Part shown: in pieces, positions 57,902 through 64,000 of the stretch
Numbering within the stretch: the stretch's first letter is position 1
Layout of the letters: each line of letters opens with the position of its first letter
NCBI GenBank assembly: GCA_937127435.1
Contig: CAKZLZ010000156.1
Location: forward strand, 10,554 to 74,553
Length of the DNA stretch: 64,000 bases
Direction of reading: 5' to 3'
From: an uncultured Verrucomicrobiota bacterium
Lineage (GTDB): Bacteria; Verrucomicrobiota; Kiritimatiellia; SS1-B-03-39; UBA6053
Notes under the pieces: generated by a model
What the model saw: only the letters and a program-made list of their open reading frames with translations
Database searches by the model: none
What the model was told of the DNA's origin: nothing
Made by a program: the position numbers and the translations under genes

Positions 57902-59107
57902 TTATTTGTCGGAAAGGGCGTCAAGTCCGGGGAGAACTTTGCCTTCCATTAATTCCAAACTTGCACCGCCACCGGTGCTGATGTGGGTAATTTTGTCATC
58001 GAGGCCGGCCAGTTTGATGGCCGCCACGGAATCACCGCCGCCGATGATACTGATACATTCGGTGTTGTCTGCAACCGCCTGGGCAATGGTATTGGTACCG
58101 GAAGCAAAGGGGGCCATTTCGAAGCAACCCATGGGGCCGTTCCAAACCACGGTTTTTGCAGAAGCAATTTCCGCAGCAAACAGTGCCTGGGTTTTGGGTC
58201 CGATGTCCAAACCTTCCCAACCGTCGGGAATGTCGCCATCCACGATGTCGGTGTTGGCGGATTCACTGAAGTCATCCCCGATTTTATTATCGATGGGCAG
58301 GAGCAGTTTTACGCCTTTGGCTTTGGCATCGGCCATGATCTGGGTAGCCAAATCGAGTTTGTCATCTTCATGGATGGATCCGCCAATCTTCTGGCCCATG
58401 GCTTTGAAGAAGGTGTATGCCATGCCGCCACCGATGAGGATGGTGTCGCATTTGTCCATGAGATTGATGACCACATCAATTTTACCGGAGATTTTTGCGC
58501 CGCCGATGATGGCCACAAAGGGATGCTCGGGGGCTTCCAGGGTTTTAGACAAATAGTTGATTTCTTTTTCCAGCAGGAGGCCGGCCGCACATTCTTCAAT
58601 GTATTCCGTGACCCCGGCGGTGGAGGCGTGGGCGCGGTGGGCGGTGCCGAAAGCATCGTTCACGTAGACTTCGCCTAAAGAAGCGAGGGCTTTGGTGAAG
58701 GTGGTTTTGGCTTCGTCGGTGCAGCCTTTGCCTTCTTCTTCGGCGTAGAAACGCAGATTTTCGAGCAAAAGAATTTCTCCGGCCTGCAGGGCCGCAGCTT
58801 TGGCCTGTGCATCTTCACCGACAGAGTCGCTGGCGAAGGCTACCGGTTTCCCGAGTTTAGCAGACAGGGCCGCGGCCACAGGTTTCAGGGTAAATTCGGG
58901 TTTTACTTCACCCTTCGGACGGCCGAGATGGCTCATCAGAATGATCGAAGCATTTTGTTCCAGCAAGTACTGGATGGTCGGCAGGGCGGCCTCAATCCGG
59001 GTGTCGTCGCCGACAGATCCGTCTTCATTCACGGGCACGTTAAAATCGACCCGCATCAGGACTTTTTTGCCCTGAACATCAATATCTTTTACTGTTTTTT
59101 TGTTCAT
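57902..59107 (-). CDS. pgk: Phosphoglycerate kinase
   Basis: RVDFNVP, SHLGRPKG, LENLRF, NDAFGTAHRAHAS, WNGPMG, HISTGGGASLE. Confidence 0.98.
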   Translation of the reverse strand: MNKKTVKDIDVQGKKVLMRVDFNVPVNEDGSVGDDTRIEAALPTIQYLLEQNASIILMSHLGRPKGEVKPEFTLKPVAAALSAKLGKPVAFASDSVGEDAQAKAAALQAGEILLLENLRFYAEEEGKGCTDEAKTTFTKALASLGEVYVNDAFGTAHRAHASTAGVTEYIEECAAGLLLEKEINYLSKTLEAPEHPFVAIIGGAKISGKIDVVINLMDKCDTILIGGGMAYTFFKAMGQKIGGSIHEDDKLDLATQIMADAKAKGVKLLLPIDNKIGDDFSESANTDIVDGDIPDGWEGLDIGPKTQALFAAEIASAKTVVWNGPMGCFEMAPFASGTNTIAQAVADNTECISIIGGGDSVAAIKLAGLDDKITHISTGGGASLELMEGKVLPGLDALSDK

Positions 59108-59132
59108 GTGTATTCTTTTCCTAAGCGCAACA

Positions 59133-59166
59133 CATCCCGAAGCCTTCCGTGGAAGCCTTCGGGATG
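59133..59166. other. Intercistronic hairpin between gap and pgk
   Basis: CATCCCGAAG ... CTTCGGGATG perfect 10-bp stem; no clear U tail. Confidence 0.5.
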
Positions 59167-59190
59167 CGAATTAGTTCATCTGGAGGTTGT

Positions 59191-60246
<1,056 letters not shown>

Positions 60247-60346
60247 CTATTCTGCAGACTTGCGCGATATAACCCAGCATTGCCCGTAGGTCAAACAAGT
60301 TTCGGGAGTTTTTTCTGATAATTCAGACAAACGATATCTTATATTA

Positions 60347-61135
60347 TTAGGTTTCGATGAGCTGCACGCTGATGTTTTGGGACAGAACGGTGGCCGGGGG
60401 GCCGAATTGATTGTAGACGGCAACGTCGGCCGCATCCCGTCCATAGCCGATGGCGACATATCCGCCGGTCAGGTTATATTGGGTGGCGTCAAAAGCGTAC
60501 CAGCGGCCGGCCACATAGGCTTCGAACCACGCATGCAGGGCCATGGGTTCCAGTCCGTATAAATAACCGACAGCCATGCGTGCGGGAATGCTGAGGCTTC
60601 GGCACAGGGCAATCCCCAGGTGGGCAAAATCCCGGCACACCCCCCAACCGCGCTCATTGATTTCTCCGGCGGACAAAAAACTGTCGCTTCCAAAGGGTTC
60701 GAAGCGGATCGAATTGCGCACCCAGCTCTCAATCGCTTTCACTTGGTCATAACCGGGAATACAGTTGCCGGTAATTTCAGCCGCCAACTGGCCAAAGCGT
60801 TCCGATTCACAATAGCGGCTGGGCAGAAGATAGCTCAACACCCCGTCCGGCAAACAGCCGATTTCAACATAGGGCGCTCCCGGGGCCTGCTCGACCTGGT
60901 CATGGGTTTTTACTTCCGCCGAGGTGTACACCCCGAAGACGCCGGGCGGGGCGATCAGTCGTTGGCAAAGATTTCCATGGGTATCGGTAAATTCAAAGGC
61001 CGGCACACTGGGTACGATCTTGTATTCTTCCCGTGCGATCCAATGCTGTGCACCGCCGCGGGGGCGCAACATAAGTACAAAGGGGGTGGGCACTTGAATG
61101 TCGAATACCAGGTCACAACTTGTTTTGAGCCACAT
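60347..61135 (-). CDS. Transglutaminase-like superfamily protein
   Basis: GVCRDFAHL, LHAWFE, FDAT catalytic triad motifs. Confidence 0.88.
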   Translation of the reverse strand: MWLKTSCDLVFDIQVPTPFVLMLRPRGGAQHWIAREEYKIVPSVPAFEFTDTHGNLCQRLIAPPGVFGVYTSAEVKTHDQVEQAPGAPYVEIGCLPDGVLSYLLPSRYCESERFGQLAAEITGNCIPGYDQVKAIESWVRNSIRFEPFGSDSFLSAGEINERGWGVCRDFAHLGIALCRSLSIPARMAVGYLYGLEPMALHAWFEAYVAGRWYAFDATQYNLTGGYVAIGYGRDAADVAVYNQFGPPATVLSQNISVQLIET

Positions 61136-62092
61136 TTATAACCACCAGTATTGTGATTGTTGTTGCTGTTGCTGGTGTAAAGACTGATGTTGGGGGCGAT
61201 TTTGTTGGGCCTGGATGATTTCGCTTTCGGGAATCATATCGACCTGGGCATGTACGGTATGTTTGCCGCCTCCAAGTAACACGCCTTTGGCGGGACTGAC
61301 ATCCTGATAATCCCGGCCCCAGCCCAGAGTAATGTATTGTTCATCCGCCATCTGATTGTTGGTGGGGTCGAGTTCCAGCCAGCCGGCCTGCGGACAATAG
61401 ACCGAGACCCAGGCGTGGGAAGCGTCCGCTCCGGCGAGACGGGCCTGACCCGGAGGAGGGGCGGTTTGGATATAACCGCTCATGTAGCGTGCCGCCAATC
61501 CGACACTGCGCAGGCAGGAGATCATGGTATGGGCAAAATCCTGGCAAACCCCGCGGCGGTTCTTCAGCACTTCCGTTACCGGCGTGGCGACGGTGGTGGC
61601 CTTGGGGTCAAAAGTGAAATCCGTATCGATTCGTGCCATCAGTTCGGTGGCAACCGCGTGGATGGACATTCCCGGGCGGCAGGAGGAGAGGGCATAGGCG
61701 CGGGCTGCTTCAAGAGGTTTGGCATAACGCGATCCAAAGCTGTATTGGTAGGCGTCCAATCCGTTGGCGGTGGTGTCTGCCCGCATGATATGCTGGGCGG
61801 TATCCCAGGGAATACTGGGTTGCAGGGCGGCCGGACGGGGCAGCACTTCAATAATGGACTGGGTTGTCACCTTCATGGCATCATGCGGAGAATGAATCAT
61901 AAAGAAGGTGGTGCTGTTGCCAAAATAGTCGATGCCCTCGGTTTGAACCGCCGGTTCAGGTTCGATCTCCAGTTTGAAGGTCTTTATTTTTTGCCAAGGC
62001 AGCTCCCGGGGCTTTAAATGCAGCATGTTATAAACAAAGGTTACCGGGTGGGTATAACGGAATGAGGTCAGATGCCGGAGATGATAAATCAT
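61136..62092 (-). CDS. Transglutaminase family protein with Gln-rich tail
   Basis: HLTSFRY N-terminus, GVCQDFAH, SHAWVSV, LDPTN, GRDYQDVSP. Confidence 0.9.
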   Translation of the reverse strand: MIYHLRHLTSFRYTHPVTFVYNMLHLKPRELPWQKIKTFKLEIEPEPAVQTEGIDYFGNSTTFFMIHSPHDAMKVTTQSIIEVLPRPAALQPSIPWDTAQHIMRADTTANGLDAYQYSFGSRYAKPLEAARAYALSSCRPGMSIHAVATELMARIDTDFTFDPKATTVATPVTEVLKNRRGVCQDFAHTMISCLRSVGLAARYMSGYIQTAPPPGQARLAGADASHAWVSVYCPQAGWLELDPTNNQMADEQYITLGWGRDYQDVSPAKGVLLGGGKHTVHAQVDMIPESEIIQAQQNRPQHQSLHQQQQQQSQYWWL

Positions 62093-64000
62093 TCTTCATC
62101 CTCCTCACCGTCCCAAATTTCAGATCCGAAAGCCGAGGTGAGTTTGCTGGTGGTATCCACGTGCGACAGATAGCGCCGGGTCACCAGGGTGCTGAGTTCC
62201 TGCACGTATCTATTAATGTCACCAAGCAGCGTATTGAGTAATCTACGCCGTCCTTTGGCATCGGTTTGAATGAGCGTATGGAGATCACAGCTTTTGATCC
62301 GTTGCACCAGTTCGTCGGTCAGACTCTGCTCGGGTTGCACACCGGATCCGGACATTTCCGAGAGGGCGCGAATGTGTTGGCTGATCATCACCAACTGATA
62401 GGTGATACTCCGCGGGTTGGACTCATCGCAAAGTAAAAGGTCGAGCAGTGGCAAGGGAGCGACCCGGCTTTGATAGCGTGAACGGTAAGTCATGGAGCTG
62501 TTGGCCACTTCAAGAATGGCATCGAGCATGGGGGCTTCGTACTTAAAGGGTTTGATGAGGAGTTCTTGTAGCAATTGCGCACTCATCACCGCCCGCTCCA
62601 TCCGAAATCCCATGTCCATGAAGCGCCAGCCATAGCCGTGGGTCATGCTTTCGGAACTGAGTCCTGAAAAGGCGGCCAGCGACATCAGTAACTGGTCGAG
62701 CATATCGAGTGCATCCGAAAGATCCCCGTCGCCGGATGCGGATTGCAGTTCACTGTTCATACGGTCGAGAATGTGCCAGGTATCAATACTGATTCGTTCG
62801 CGGACGGTGGAGGCGATGCTGCAGGCGCTGGTGAGGGCGCTGTGCAGGTTTCCGGAAAGATTGGGATCAAAAATGATCCCTAAGAGAAAGGCTTTTGTTT
62901 CGGGGATCTGGTTGTCTACATCCGTAATCAAAAGTGAATCAGGCAGGTCCGTGGTCATTTTGGAAAGTGCCCGAAACAACTCCGGAAGTTCGGGCGATCC
63001 GTTGGGCCTGTTTTCTTCGGTAAGCCAGCGAAGAATGGTGCGCAACAAACGCGCGTCCATATCGGCACGCTGGACATAACGCCCCAGCCACAGAAGATTG
63101 TCAGCCACGCGGCTCGAGAGATTGGTGTCGCTGCGTGATGGTTCGATGTCATATTCGTCCGGCGGGAGTAAGCTGACGTGTTCGACCACACCCCGGGCCT
63201 GCACCCATGCGTCTTTGGAGCCGCCGCCCTGTTCAATATTCACCAGCGGGGAGTCTGCCTGTTGCGAAGTCCGAACCAGACCGCCGGGCATCACTTTCCA
63301 TCCGTCGCGGGTGGCAACGATGAATGCGCGTAACATAATATTGCGGGGAACAAGTTTCGAATCCTGCCAGCAGGGGGATGACGAAAGGACGACGCGTTCC
63401 TGGGCAATATATTGTTGGGGAGCGGCCTTGATCTGGCTGGCCAGGATACTGCGGTCGGCAGGGGAGAGGGAGCGGACAAATACGGCTTTTTCCCGTGGAT
63501 CGGAAAAGGCGCGCTTGATCACCCATTGGTCAAATTGGTCGAGCACTTGCTTGCATTCTTTTTCCTGACCGCACCAGAAGGTAGGCGTGGTTTGCAAGCG
63601 GGGTTCTTCACCGGTAAGATTCCGGCAGAGGGTCGCGAAAAAGGGAAGCAGGGCCGGGGTTTCCGCCAAGCCACTGCCAAGAGAATTGGCAATCGCCACT
63701 TTGCCGGCGATGGCGGCCTGAACCAGTCCGGGAACACCTAAAAGTGAATCGCCTGACAGTTCCAGCGGGTCGCAAAGGGTATCCGCCTGTCGGCGGAGGA
63801 TCACATCCACCTTGCGCAGGCCTGCCAAAGTTTTGAGAAAAACCTCGTTCCCGCGTACGGTAAGGTCGTTGCCAAGAACCAGTGGAAATCCGAGGTAACG
63901 GGCAATGTAAGCGTGCTCAAAATAGCTGCTGCTGTGTGCGCCGGGGGTCAGAACCACAATATGCGGATTGTTTGTCCAGTCCCCCGCGAGGCTTTCCAGG
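62089..64000 (-). CDS. Circularly permuted type-2 ATP-grasp protein fused to an alpha-E domain (5' part outside the window)
   Basis: LTPG....YFEHAYIARYLGFPLV.G.DL, DPLEL.GDSLLGVPGL, VMPGGL.R, GGGSKDAWV, then LLWLGRYVQRA alpha-E; frame continues to the window edge. Confidence 0.9.
   Translation of the reverse strand, partial: LESLAGDWTNNPHIVVLTPGAHSSSYFEHAYIARYLGFPLVLGNDLTVRGNEVFLKTLAGLRKVDVILRRQADTLCDPLELSGDSLLGVPGLVQAAIAGKVAIANSLGSGLAETPALLPFFATLCRNLTGEEPRLQTTPTFWCGQEKECKQVLDQFDQWVIKRAFSDPREKAVFVRSLSPADRSILASQIKAAPQQYIAQERVVLSSSPCWQDSKLVPRNIMLRAFIVATRDGWKVMPGGLVRTSQQADSPLVNIEQGGGSKDAWVQARGVVEHVSLLPPDEYDIEPSRSDTNLSSRVADNLLWLGRYVQRADMDARLLRTILRWLTEENRPNGSPELPELFRALSKMTTDLPDSLLITDVDNQIPETKAFLLGIIFDPNLSGNLHSALTSACSIASTVRERISIDTWHILDRMNSELQSASGDGDLSDALDMLDQLLMSLAAFSGLSSESMTHGYGWRFMDMGFRMERAVMSAQLLQELLIKPFKYEAPMLDAILEVANSSMTYRSRYQSRVAPLPLLDLLLCDESNPRSITYQLVMISQHIRALSEMSGSGVQPEQSLTDELVQRIKSCDLHTLIQTDAKGRRRLLNTLLGDINRYVQELSTLVTRRYLSHVDTTSKLTSAFGSEIWDGEEDEE

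Overview
A 64-kb bacterial chromosomal window, probably from the PVC superphylum (Kiritimatiellota/Verrucomicrobiota/Lentisphaerota-like). This is an inference from four PEP-CTERM proteins, a stand-alone prepilin-cleavage protein, a sulfatase and expanded PF12831 oxidoreductases. A core backbone (uxaC, pfkB-like kinase, priA, def, comM/yifB, ABC exporter pair, mtfA-like peptidase, SNF2 ATPase, secG-tpiA-pgk-gap, ATP-grasp/alpha-E/transglutaminase operon) is interleaved with accessory blocks: glycan-degradation cassettes, three PIN-type toxin-antitoxin modules and hypothetical genes. I recognised no integrase, transposase, tRNA, rRNA or CRISPR array. Main discovery: accessory blocks repeatedly start right after a core gene and end with a short, diverged second copy of that gene's 3' end (priA, comM, ABC exporter, SNF2). 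In two cases that copy is fused, through a 5-9 bp microhomology, to an internal fragment of the next core gene downstream (def|priA at 14374-14526; mtfA|ABC at 37221-37309), giving the layout A-X-B'|A'-Y-B. The SNF2 and comM copies stay in frame and are enriched in synonymous changes. This points to integrase-free acquisition of pieces of a relative's chromosome by single crossover at gene ends, or to duplication followed by replacement.
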